Below are positions 53,301 to 64,000 of a stretch of 64,000 nucleotides of DNA, piece after piece. The translations under genes were made by a program, and so were the position numbers. Position 1 is the stretch's first letter. Every line of letters begins with the position of its first letter. The notes beneath the pieces were generated by a model. That model had not been told where the DNA came from. It saw only the letters and a program-made list of their open reading frames with translations, and did not search any database. The stretch is from Narcine bancroftii (taxonomy: Eukaryota): NCBI RefSeq assembly GCF_036971445.1, contig NC_091480.1:22134001-22198000 (forward strand), in the 5' to 3' direction.

Positions 53301-55734
53301 CAAAACAGCGTTCTCCAGTTCAAACACATGGAGACATACAACCAGACATAATACACATATGGACAAATAATACATATGCAGGCGGCTGCAGACTTTTGTG
53401 TCCTCTGAAGCTTGTTTCCCTGTTTGACATCCATACACTTTCCTTTCTGATCTCTATACTATTAACTGTGAATCTATTAATACAATTCTCTTTTTTTCAA
53501 ACCTATTAATATTTTCTTATTCACCACTCCAGTGGTGTTTGGTTCTGATATTCTGTTTATCCTCTTGATAACAGTCTTTTCTGTTTCCTATTTTCTTAGG
53601 TCACCCCTAGTTCTAAATAATGCTCCAGTCTTCAACTAATTACCTTGAATTCAATTTCTCCAAAGCCTTCACCTATGTCACCTATGAGTAATTTTCTAAA
53701 CAACCTTTCTTCGTAACTCAGCCATCAGATTGCCAGATCTGCCATTGCAGCTCTTGCTTTGACTCCTTGAAATAATTCAGTATTTTTTCCTATAATGCAG
53801 AAAACAAAACTGAATTCTGTGTAGCACACTTAAATTTGATGACAATCAACTTGGACACTCCCATTAACTGATTGTAAACGTCACCCTCCTGGCTATAGGT
53901 TCACCATTTTCTGTTTCAATTGAGAAGTTGGACATATAATTTGACTCAAAGTAAAAACACAATACTGGTGAAACTCAGCAGGTCAAATTTAATATACTTT
54001 TACTATATAATTTCGACAAATAATTTGACTCACCCATTGAGCAAAATTCCTTTTCTACAGCTGGAGTTTGAAAGAGTGATGCCTTTCACTAATTAAGTTC
54101 TTGAGCTTTCATGAAGTTAACCAGGTGAACTTCCTCTGCTTAGTAATTGCTTATTGCCCTTCGGTCATAAATGATTGAATTTATGACTGCATTTGCAGAA
54201 TGTTAACTTAGATACTCCATGGAAGTGATTTAATAGGAACGTGCTCTGCATGACTTTCATCATTCTGCAGGCTCCGAATCTCCTTTTGTTATTGGGTTGG
54301 GTCAGGAATTGACCCAATATCGAGCTTGAAGTGCCCCCAAGCTCGATATTAATTTTAATCAAATTGTGGCAATACTGTATAAATGGGATATAAAAATAAC
54401 AGTGTGTATCTTCCTCAATTAAATCACAACTTGTGACTCAATTAAATCACAACTTGTGACTCAATTAAATCACAACTTGTGACTCAATTAAATCACAACT
54501 TGTTTTCTAAAGTTGTTGATGATATTGTGCTTTACCTTTCTTTTAAACCCCTATTAAATGCTAGGTCTGTATTACACGGCCACGCAAAAGGCAAATCCAA
54601 TGCGGTAAGTGAGACTTTAAAATAATTTTGGGACATTTGAGAACTTTGCATTGGAGTTGGAGGGAGCGGCGATGTAAGGAATGATGGCTCAAAAGGAAAA
54701 AAAGGGGAGATCGAAATTTTATCCTGAGAAGCTTGTTGTTCGTTTAATTCTTGGCCAATCTAGTAGCCCGTGGAGTTCTGACATACTTGACCCCTCTTTC
54801 CTGGTCGTTCCCTGCCGGCCGGTCGGAGACTGGTTGGGGGGCTTGGTCCGGTGGACTCGCCGCGGCCACGCCGCTGCTTTCAAGCGAACAGGCTTTGGCG
54901 AGAGCGCGTCCTTCACCCGTTCCTCAAACCTTGCAATTTTAACGTGTTGTCCCTTGACCTCCTCTTGGAGAATCTCCAGTTCCTTCTGCAGATTCTTCTT
55001 GGCCACGGCCAAAGAGCTGATCTCCTCCCTCTGCGCTTTTCCGTCCCTTGTCAGATTGGACGCGATCTCGCTCTGCTCTTTCTGGTCTCTTGACATTTGC
55101 TTGTTTCGCTCATCGAGGACTTTCTCCAAGGCTGACATTTTCAGGTCAATCTTTTTGGTTTCCTTTTGCAGTTTTTTGATCCATGATTTTAAGCTGCTGA
55201 TGTCCTTGTTTGTGGCCGCTTGGAACCCCTGCATGGTGGCGGTGACATTATTGTACTGAGCAGACAGGGACTGGAGGCGACCATCTATGTTAGCAGATGC
55301 ATTGAAGTTCTCCGAAATGATTTGCAGACGTGTCAGGCTCATTTCTTGAAATCGACGGAACTGCGGTGAGAAAAACGGGAGAGAATGCGCGTTACCACTT
55401 GAAATAACTGGCCATGAAGTTATCAGGAGGCATTTTCGCTTGGACCAGCGATCCGCTCTGCTTCCTTCAGCTCGTTCGACTTGCTGCACCGCGGATGGCT
55501 CCGATTCGCATTGACTTTGCCCGGGACCCGACCAATCCTGCCCCATCCCTCCAGGAATGATCTGCCTGATTCACCAAATATTCTGCGAGGACCCACCTGC
55601 TCCTCCAGCCGTCGAAGCCGTTCGAAAAACGGTTTCCTCCGGTTTGCACCGGCCTCTGTGTTTTGTGAGCAGACCACGCACAGGTTCCAGCAAGCCCACA
55701 CCAGAAAAATCCAATCAACCTTGCTGAAACCCAT
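49714..55734 (-). CDS. PTX4: Pentraxin 4 (long pentraxin), complete, 3 exons, 450 aa
   Basis: Signal peptide + RKPFFERLRRLEEQFRRFQE, coiled coil, pentraxin domain (SYATEDNDNKLVLHGR, HHVCIIWSS, GQEQD, NCTCLDLCF); exons 138+574+641 nt join in frame; adjacent to CLCN7 as in mammals. Confidence 0.96.
51720..51950 (-). mobile_element. HE1/V-SINE-like SINE
   Basis: V domain gtttgcacgttctccctgtgtctgcgggggtttcctc. Confidence 0.72.
54414..54503. repeat. Tandem repeat, about 4 x 23 bp (ctcaattaaatcacaacttgtga), PTX4 intron 2
   Basis: Perfect units at 54414, 54437, 54460; partial unit at 54483. Confidence 0.92.
54787..55360 (-). CDS. PTX4: PTX4 exon 2 (coiled-coil region)
   Basis: ccgcag|FRRFQEMSLTRLQIISENFN...KEGS, donor A|gtatgt, phase 1. 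Confidence 0.92.
55597..55734 (-). CDS. PTX4: PTX4 exon 1
   Basis: MGFSKVDWIFLVWACWNLCVVCSQNTEAGANRRKPFFERLRRLEEQ|gtgggt. Confidence 0.93.
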
Positions 55735-55810
55735 TCTTAACACTGGGATTTCTTCATCAACCCCTGCCACTGAATGCTGGAAATGGGTCGCTGTGCAAAC
55801 GATGTGGGCC

Positions 55811-55816
55811 TTTATA
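55811..55816 (-). promoter_or_regulatory. Putative TATA box of PTX4
   Basis: TATAAA (minus) 77 nt upstream of the ATG. Confidence 0.45.
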
Positions 55817-56279
55817 GGCGACAGCTCTGGCTTTGAAATGATTTACGTTTTCATTCCATCAGTCCCTGCCCTGGCTACTGTTACAGGGTAAACGGAAATA
55901 AACGAGCGTCGTTCAACAAGACGAGCTTTGCAGACCTGGCTCACTCTGCTCTCCAAATGCACTGACCTAGTTTCCAAGTGTTATTGTAACTTGACGATGA
56001 AGTGCAACGTTCTTCAAGGAATGCATAATGTGCTCTGCTTGAACGGATTTCCAGGTGGACTCAACAGTCTTCACATTGTAGAGCTTGAACAAAAATGCAA
56101 GAACAAGCTAAATCAACATCTGTAAAGCTTATCATATTTCATTTTAATCTTGGTGTTCTGTGAATCATAGTTTACATTGATATATTTCCTCTTCTGAGGC
56201 AGTTCCCCGCCCCCCTATATAATTTGTTTCCATACTGGTGTTGAGGTACTGTATTTGGTGACCCTTGTTCGAGGTAAAT

Positions 56280-56480
56280 ACAGCACCAGCGATTAGAACT
56301 GGACCTGGGTTTGAATCCCTCATTGTAAGGAGTTTGTACATTCTCCCCATGTCTGTGTGGGTTTGCTCCCTGGGCTCTGGTTTCCTCCCACTAAAAATGG
56401 ACTGGGGTGTAGGTTAAAGGGGTGTAATTTGGGTGAGTCAGACTCGAAAGGCCGAATTGACCTGTTACAATGCTGTAATT
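56280..56480 (+). mobile_element. HE1/V-SINE-like SINE
   Basis: B box, V domain and CR1-type tail. Confidence 0.7.
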
Positions 56481-57374
56481 TAATTTACAATGTCTAATTG
56501 AATTTAATTTCCACTTTCTCCATTTCGAGAGGACATGGACCAGAGACTGATAATTAATGTTACAGCCAGTCTCAAATAAACTGGAAAATTTTCATATTTA
56601 CATTTATTCATGCTCTTTGTGATTCAGAAGGCCATTTGTCCCATTTATTTCCCTGTGAACTATTCTCTTAAATATGCTCATTCACTTTTCTTGCAACACA
56701 TGTTCATGGGATAATTTTCTAACTGAGATATGGGAGAAAACCAGAACATATGGAGAAAACCTCCGTGGTCAAAGGATGAATGTGGAAACTCTGCATAGTT
56801 AGCACTGGAGTTCAGAATTGAACCAGGTTCACTGGCACTGTTAAGGCATCAGCTCTGAGATGACTGCTGCTTCAAAGGAAGGTATAAAAAAAATTCTGGC
56901 CTCACAGTAATGGGCTAACAATCAAGTGCAAGGCTGAACAATAAGTGTAAGGATTTTATCCATTTGTGAAAGTATAAATTGGTGTTTACTTATAGCCAGC
57001 GTTCCTCTACAGACCATCTGCTATTAACATTACACTATTTCTTTTGCATGAATGCCAAGAAAAATACTTAATATCCAAACAGAAAAGATAGAACCTTGTC
57101 TTGGACTGGGTAAACTTGCTGATGTGGTGATTGTGAGATCTAAAAATAACAACATGTAAGAGATGGTATTCATTAACCTTTAACACCCTCCATCATTTAG
57201 AACTACTATCAACTGTATCCTTCCATTTCTCCAATCTTCCATCTTATTACTGGCCTTCCCTTTTGCTCTTGCTCCACTCCTACCTTAATCTGTAGGTGTT
57301 TTTTTTATATCTGTAACATTCCCAATTCTGACAAAAGATATTGGCATGGATGTGAATTGCTTCTGTATTTTTTA

Positions 57375-57822
57375 GTCACCAAAAACTCAAAAACTTCTAC
57401 AGGTGTACCATGGAGAGCATTCTGGCTGGTTGTATCACTGTCTGGTACAGATGTGCCAATGCTCAGAAGAAGAAAAAACTCCAAAGGGTTGTTAACTCAG
57501 ACTGTGACATCAAGGGCACTAGTCTTCACTGAGGTGGTGTCTTAAGAAAGCAGCCTCTATCCTCAAGGACCCTCACCACCCAGACCATTGGGTGAAAGGT
57601 ACAGGAGCCTGAAGACAAGCACTCAGCAGCACAAGGACAGTTTCTTCCCCTCTGTCATCAGATTCCTGAATGAAAAATGAACCATAGACACTACCTTACT
57701 TTATATTTTTATTTTTCTTCCACTATTTTTATTTATATTAGGAATGGGGTTTATGTTTGCACTGTGATACCGCCACAAAACGATGAATTTCGTGACATGT
57801 TCATGATCATAAATTCTGATTT
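57375..57822 (+). mobile_element. Rex1/Babar-clade LINE 3' fragment
   Basis: Similar to 45650-46122. Confidence 0.72.
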
Positions 57823-58839
57823 TCTTCTCTCTCCAGTTATCACCTGATCTGCTAAGTATTTGTAGCACTTTTATGATTTCATTAAAGTTTAAGGAAGAAT
57901 TGACTTGTCAGAAGGGATTTAGTAATGAGAAATGAACTTGAGCATAAAAAAGGAAATAAGCATCAAAGTATGTCTCAATAATACAGACCGTTTAACAATG
58001 GAGGAAGAAACAAGGAGGAAAATATTTTCGGTGAGTAGAAGATACAGAATAATACTTCAGCAATTGACGAATAAAATAAGGGGAAGTGAAAAAGAATTTG
58101 ATATTTTCAATGCATCCAAGATACCATTGTTGACGTAGAGCATAAGAAGTCCAAGAAGGGGAAGGAATTGGGGAAAGGGAAGTACAATGCACAAGAAACA
58201 AGTATCTCATAAGTAATACAGATACCTGTATTAACTTGGACAATAAAGAGGAAGTAAGCATCAGATAACATCCTATATTATATGATATAAAATTATTGTC
58301 AATTTTTTAGAGAATGAGAAAGGATGGTTAAACTGAAAACTATACAATGAAATAGGGAAGGAATGAATAATGTTAAAAAAGAAACCAAGAAAAATATATT
58401 CTGCTAAAAATGAGCAGTAACAAAATAACCAAAACATTATGAGAAAATAAAGATAAAACCAAAAGAAGGAAATTTCATATAATGAGCACTTAGTAAATAA
58501 AGAGATAAGATGTTCAGCAGAAATACAAGGAGGATTGGAAATATGCTTTAAAAAAAAAAGGGGAAACGTAAGTAAATTATTAAGTGACATTGTAACTAAT
58601 GATCATGAAGTAGATATGACAAAAAGAGCAGTATTGATATAGGTCTGCTCAATGTTTCACAAGAAAAACACAGCTGATGACAGTGAAGTGGCAAAAAGAT
58701 TGAATACTTTGCCTCAAATTTTTTTACTGGGGATACCAACAAGTTAGGCTAGGGAAAAATATTTCTGGCAGAAAGAGTTGATAAGCCAGTTCTGATCCAA
58801 TGAACTTTTTGCATAACTTAATTTGATATTTCTGATTTG

Positions 58840-59520
58840 AATAATTTCAGAAGGGCCCGGAGGACCATGCTCCGCTGACCATTGACAGTTTGACCATTTA
58901 ATTCGTTAAGAATATAAAATTCCTTGGAGTGCACTTGACGGAGAATCTCACCTGGACCCTTAACACCAGCTCCATAGACAAGAAAGCCCAGCAGCATCTC
59001 TACTTCCTGCAAAGGCTGAGAAAAGTTGATCCCCCACCCTCCATCCTCACTACATTCTACAGAAGATGTATTGAGAGCATCCTGTGCAACTGCATCACCA
59101 CCTGGTTTGGAAGCTGTACCACCTCAGACCACAAGACCCTGCAGAAGATGGTGAAGTCAGTGGAAAAGATCATTGGGAGCTCTCTTCCTACCATGAAGGA
59201 CACCTACAACACTCGATGCAGGCAAAAGGCAATAAACATTGCGAAAGATTGCACACACCCCTCATGTAAATTGTTCTCCCTTCTGTCATCTGGTAGGACT
59301 CAGGCTCTTGCATCCAGATTGGGAAACAGTTTTTTCCACCAAGCCACCACACTCCTGAACTCCTAGAAGTTGGACACATTTTAAAAAAAAAACTACTAGT
59401 CTTAATATTTTAACGTGCTTCTAAATTCTATTTATGTGAATATGCTCTGTGGTCCTGGAGAAATGCTATCTCGTTTTTACCTCGCGAGTATGGTATGAAC
59501 GATAAATAAAGGCAATGAGT
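58840..59520 (+). mobile_element. Rex1/Babar-clade LINE 3' fragment
   Basis: KKAQQHLYFLQRLRK...FYRRCIESILCNCITTWFG...HPSCKLFSLLSSGR. Confidence 0.85.
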
Positions 59521-59883
59521 TGGTTTTAATGCATAATCATTTGTTGGAGAAATCTAAATGAGATTCAATGACACTGATTACTGACACTACTTGTGACAAT
59601 ACTGATCACAATTTGGTGCTTTAAATGATTCCAAGTGTGTGTTTTTATTTAATTACAACTCCATAGGATTTTTCCTCACATATATGCTCCATTCCATGTA
59701 TTGATTTGTTCTTTGCCCATCCGTTGGCTGCAGAATGGAGGAGAGAGAAGGATGTTGAGGGCTTAAATCTGAGCTCAGGTTCTTTATTACTTTTATTTCT
59801 TCTAGCACTCCTGTAACATTATCTACTGTGATTTCTGCCCTGAGTATTCTAACTCGCTTTATAGCATCTCAATATCTCGAGAG

Positions 59884-60100
59884 CATCCATTCTCAATGGG
59901 GGCCATGGCACATTTGTGGGGGGGGGGGAACAAAACAATGAGTGAAATCATAAATTTTTAAAAATATTTTCTATCCAGTCAGTAGGAGAGAAGTACGTAA
60001 GAAACCCACTAAATGACTGCTACACAAGGGAAGGGGGGGCCAATAAACTTTGAGCAGAGTCCTCAGGCGGTCACAGCCAAAAACATATTGAGAATGGCTG
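59884..60100. mobile_element. hAT-type MITE
   Basis: CATCCATTCTCAAT / ATTGAGAATGGCTG TIRs; TSD-like ctcgagag/ctctaaag. Confidence 0.6.
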
Positions 60101-60814
60101 CTCTAAAGTATATTTGCCATTCTGAGCTTTTACAATTGTCTCTCATGTAAGGCACCATCTCTGATATAATCATTTTCACTGTCCTTGATCCTTATCATCT
60201 TCCCAATTTCTCCATGTGCACTCAAGGTTTTACTTCAAAATTAAAACATCACTAGTAGTTGCTAAAATTGACTGAACTACGCTGTGACCATCCTGTTTTC
60301 CATTTCGGGTGCATTGAGCCTGCATATACTCTGCTCTTGCACTTCCCTCTAAGTTTCCAATCCGCTCTTATCGACTTCTGATTATTTTCCTTTCTGCAAC
60401 TCTTCATATTTTAACTGAATTTAACATCTGCTACATCAACTTCCTCATAATCCTTCTCAATTATTCATTTGCTTTCTACATTAATACTGCACCGTTCTCT
60501 CTCCTCCTTTTGAAATGTTCACTCTTCTGAAAAACTTGTTGATATGTTTAGTGGAAGAAACAAAAATTAGATTTTTAAAAATTTTGTTATGACCTTTCAA
60601 TGTTTCCGGATAGATCTCAGCAATTCCAGTTATTAGATAACTTTTGGGATCCTTACAAGATTTCGAGTGAGTGTTGCTGTACTTGTTCAAAGAGAAAGTA
60701 TGACTTCCATTTTCCCTTGCCATCACAGTCCAGAGCATTGTTCTGCGCTCCCATGGCAATCACAGAATAAATACTCCCTTCAACGTTTGCTGGCATTTGA
60801 TAATGGTGGTCTCT

Positions 60815-61385
60815 TCAGATTTATTGTTAGAGAATACACACATCACTTACAACCCTGAGATTTCTTTCCTGCAGGTGAGGCAGAATGATCACTTATTGGT
60901 AGTGCAAAAGAACTGTATTCAATGTACAGATGTAAACAATAAAGAAATGCCAACAAACTGACTGTGCAACATAGAGAGGAAAAAAATCCAAATAATGTGC
61001 ACAAGAAAGAGTCCTTAAATGAGTCCATGATTGAGTGTTGTTGGAGTCCGATGGTGGAGGTGGAGGAGCCATTCCTGAACCTGGTGTGGCAGTCTTGTGG
61101 CAACTGTATCTTCTTCCTGATGGTAGCAGTGACAACAGAGCGTATACCGGGGGATGCGGATCCTTGACGATGGCGGCAGCGTTCCCTGGTCGATGTTCTA
61201 TGAAGGGGCCTGTTTCTGGGCTGTAATGTTCTACGTTCTCAGTGGTGAGGAAGGTTTTGCCTGTGATGTCCTGGGTTGTGTCCACTACCTTTTGCAGGGC
61301 TTTATGGTCAGGGGTGTTGGTGTCTGCATTACTCAGCACACTTTCCACCATACCTTTGTAGAAGTTTGCTAGGGTTTCCAGTGAT
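60815..61385 (-). mobile_element. Rex1/Babar-clade LINE 3' fragment
   Basis: LANFYKGMVESVL...LQKVVDT...KDPHPP...LLPSGRRY. Confidence 0.75.
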
Positions 61386-61559
61386 ACTGTAGAACATCCC
61401 AAACTCAATGCACATGAAATGAGCAGCAAGATATCTTAGTGAATTAAAAAATCAATGTGGTACATTACACCGTCTAGAAAGTGGACGGTGGCAATCTGTC
61501 AACGTACTTTGCCTTCTCAAGCCCACCCAGTTCCCCCCTTCTCAAGGTGCAGGGGTCAC

Positions 61560-61760
61560 TGAGCCTTCGCGGGCTGCCGTGGCAACGGCTGCAGTGCCAG
61601 CAGAGCCCAGGAGGCGGCGCTGCGCCCGGTTCAGAGTTCCGGCTTCCCCTCCGAGAAGAAAATGGCGACTCTGTGGAAGGTGGTGCCAGCGTTGAGCTCA
61701 GGTCTGTGACACTGGGGCCCGGTGGGTAACAGCCGCAGGGCGTGGGACTGGAATTCACTG
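61560..61760 (+). promoter_or_regulatory. CpG-rich promoter/first exon of the ECI1-like gene
   Basis: Local CpG cluster, TTCCGG ETS site, AAAATGGCG YY1-type motif at the ATG. Confidence 0.55.
61662..61701 (+). CDS. ECI1: Probable enoyl-CoA delta isomerase 1 (mitochondrial), exon 1
   Basis: aaaATGGCG Kozak in a CpG-rich patch; MATLWKVVPALSS(G); donor CAG|gtctgt, phase 1, in frame with the next exon. Confidence 0.65.
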
Positions 61761-62669
61761 TACCCAGCACTGAAAACAATTGGGAAGCTCAGAAATTGCG
61801 AGCTCTCTTGCTAATGCAAGTTCTTTGCTCAGCCCCCTTTACTAATTCGTACTTTGCCCACTGTCTCCTCAGCATCTGTAGCCTGGCACCAGCACCAGTG
61901 GCAATACAGTGCCAGAACCCTCTCTGGTGCTGCTGCAGTGCCTTTACCGTGCCCAGCACCACCACAGCCTGCTTATAACGACCCATTACCATCACAGCAC
62001 TACCTTGCCATTCTCCTGTCCAGCACCAATTCACCATTTAACTGTTTACAGTAAAGAATGCCATCTTTACATCCAAAGTAATGATACCACCAGTACATGG
62101 ATCTAACAAACTCCTGCAGGTGCACTTTGAAAGTATACTGACTGGTGACACACACCGGCTTGCTAACTTGAGTGCCCAGGAATGCAGAAAGCTGCAGAAA
62201 GTGATAAACCAAGCCAGATATATCATGGGCATCCACCTCCCATCCATTGAAGATATCAATATGAGTGCTGCTTCGAGAAGACAACTTCATTAAGGATCTT
62301 CATCACGCTGGTCACAACCTCTTCTCCCTGATAGCTTTGGGAAGAAAGTACAGAAGCCTGAGGTCCAGTATCTCTAGGATAGTTGTTTTCCAACAGCTAT
62401 CAAGCTCGTGAAAATCCCCATACTACCATAACCTGAGCTGAAGCTTATACAGAACCACCAAAAGATTTGTTTGCACAATTGAAACTATGCTTTTTTTCTT
62501 GCATTAACTGAAACTGTGAATAATTATCAATCCTTTTGTTATCTCTTTTTCTGTATTTGGCATATTGTGGTGATTTAATGTATACTATTGTAATATATCT
62601 TACAAACCTATTTGGCTACAGCAGGTACACATTTCAGTGCATCTGTACTGTATAAAACAAATTCTCATT

Positions 62670-62858
62670 ATCTTCTTCTTTGGCTTGGCTTCGCGGACGA
62701 AGATTTATGGAGGGGGTAAATGTCCACGTCAGCTGCAGGCTCGTTTGTGGCTGACAAGTCCGATGCAGGACAGGCAGACACGGTTGCAGCGGTTGCAGGG
62801 GAAAATTGGTTGGTTGGGGTTGGGTGTTGGGTTTTTCCTCCTTTGCCTTTTGTCAGTG
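62670..62858 (-). mobile_element. RTE-clade LINE, short 3' end
   Basis: Near-identical to the RTE 3' ends at 37000 and 39170. Confidence 0.88.
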
Positions 62859-63510
62859 ATATCATTGCATTATATCACCACCAGCAACAACACGGGTCAC
62901 TATATTGTGCATCGGCAAAAGGTGGATCATCCAGTTTATTTTCTGACGTGTATTCTTCCATGTGCAGTACAATCTTATATGTGCAATTGATCATGTTTGG
63001 ATTTAATATTCTGCAAAATTGCTAAATTTTACTCTTGAATCATCTGACATGGGTTTAGACATTTTGGCTAAACTTACTGGTCCTCAGAGTTATCAAACAG
63101 CTGTGGCAATTTACTGAAGTATTTGTCGAATTTGTAATCTTTTGCACGGATTTCTGATAACATGTTTACTCTGAGTTTTGGAAATTGATTAAGGTCTTTT
63201 GAGATTATATGTCTGTGGACATCTTAACTATATCATGATTGAATATATTAAAGGCTGAGATAGAATTTTGAATGATTGGAGGATCACACAATACAGGGAA
63301 GGGACAAGAACATGGAATTGAGTGCAAGATCAGATCTTATTGAGGTGCTACGTGGCCTTGACCTCATATTCAGATGAATTCAGTCTTAAGATCATAAGAT
63401 TTTTAAAATGCTCTCCAAATTTATTTGCAGTCAAGGGTACAGTTGCGATTAGATATTCACATTCCTTACGTTCCCCATCCATTTACTATCCCATGCTTTG
63501 TGTGTTTTAG

Positions 63511-63648
63511 GATATACATCACTTTATGGCATTAAAAATGTGCAATATAAGGCAGGAAGGATTTTATGCCAGTTACCATTCAAGTCATCAAACCAAAAGA
63601 GATTGTTCACAAACAAGAACATGATCGTGGAACTGGACAACAATACAG
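63511..63648 (+). CDS. ECI1: Probable ECI1 exon 2 (transit peptide end / start of mature protein)
   Basis: ttttag|(G)YTSLYGIKNVQYKAGRILCQLPFKSSNQKRLFTNKNMIVELDNNT(G)|gtaatt; basic presequence-like; end resembles human ECI1 RRFGSQRVLVEPDAGAG. Confidence 0.68.
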
Positions 63649-64000
63649 GTAATTTCAGAAGAATCTGTCTCTGCAGTCTTCTGCTGTTACATCGAGGACA
63701 AATGTTGGCCCTTTGCAGATTGAAGTCTAATTGGAAATAAGAAAGTGGTCCACGATTTGAACAATTTGTGTCTGTACTCATGGAAGAAGACACAAAAATT
63801 CTGCTGGATATATGAGGAAATCAAGGGTTGAGCCGCAATGATATGTGCAGTAAAACCACTAGTATCCAGAATTCAAGCGATCAGCAGTCTCAATCAAATG
63901 GCAAAAAAATCATGGAAAATGAAAAAATTAAAGTAAATAAGAATAAAATAATAGGTTATAAGTACACAAGTTTAAAATTGTAAATTTTCTCTGAAATAGC

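Noticed and set aside
54681-55891. Plus-strand ORFs (192 aa, 136 aa) overlapping PTX4
   Set aside because: Antisense shadows of GC-rich PTX4 exons with no recognisable domain
57900-58800. Purine-rich coding-like stretch
   Set aside because: Riddled with stops; most likely an ancient CR1/L2 ORF2 remnant; cannot be classified confidently
61662-63648. TELO2 (expected from human synteny)
   Set aside because: Translated exons look like a mitochondrial presequence and resemble ECI1, not TELO2

Overview
Vertebrate genomic DNA, almost certainly a cartilaginous fish (HE1/V-SINE-type SINEs with CR1, Rex1/Babar, RTE, L1 and Penelope repeats); the species cannot be fixed from sequence alone. There are three spliced protein-coding genes. 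CLCN7 (minus strand): coding exons 1-18, ATG at 43026, running off the window start, with an 82-nt U12-type intron 5 and a CpG promoter carrying a CLEAR-like E-box. PTX4 (minus): complete, 3 exons, 450 aa. A divergent gene best matching ECI1 (plus): exons 1-2 only. Introns and spacers are dense with mobile elements. The most notable are: a TSD-flanked, full-length L1 derivative with intact ORF1 but almost all of ORF2 deleted (HAL1-like); a 5S rRNA-headed SINE3-like element with a LINE-like tail; a young RTE LINE family (5 copies); Penelope GIY-YIG remnants with hammerhead-like motifs; three solo LTRs; hAT MITEs; and minisatellites born from retroelement sequence, two of which bracket the CLCN7 promoter. 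No prokaryotic-type system (CRISPR etc.) is present. Exon coordinates were read by hand from splice sites and translation; homolog comparisons are from memory, not database searches.
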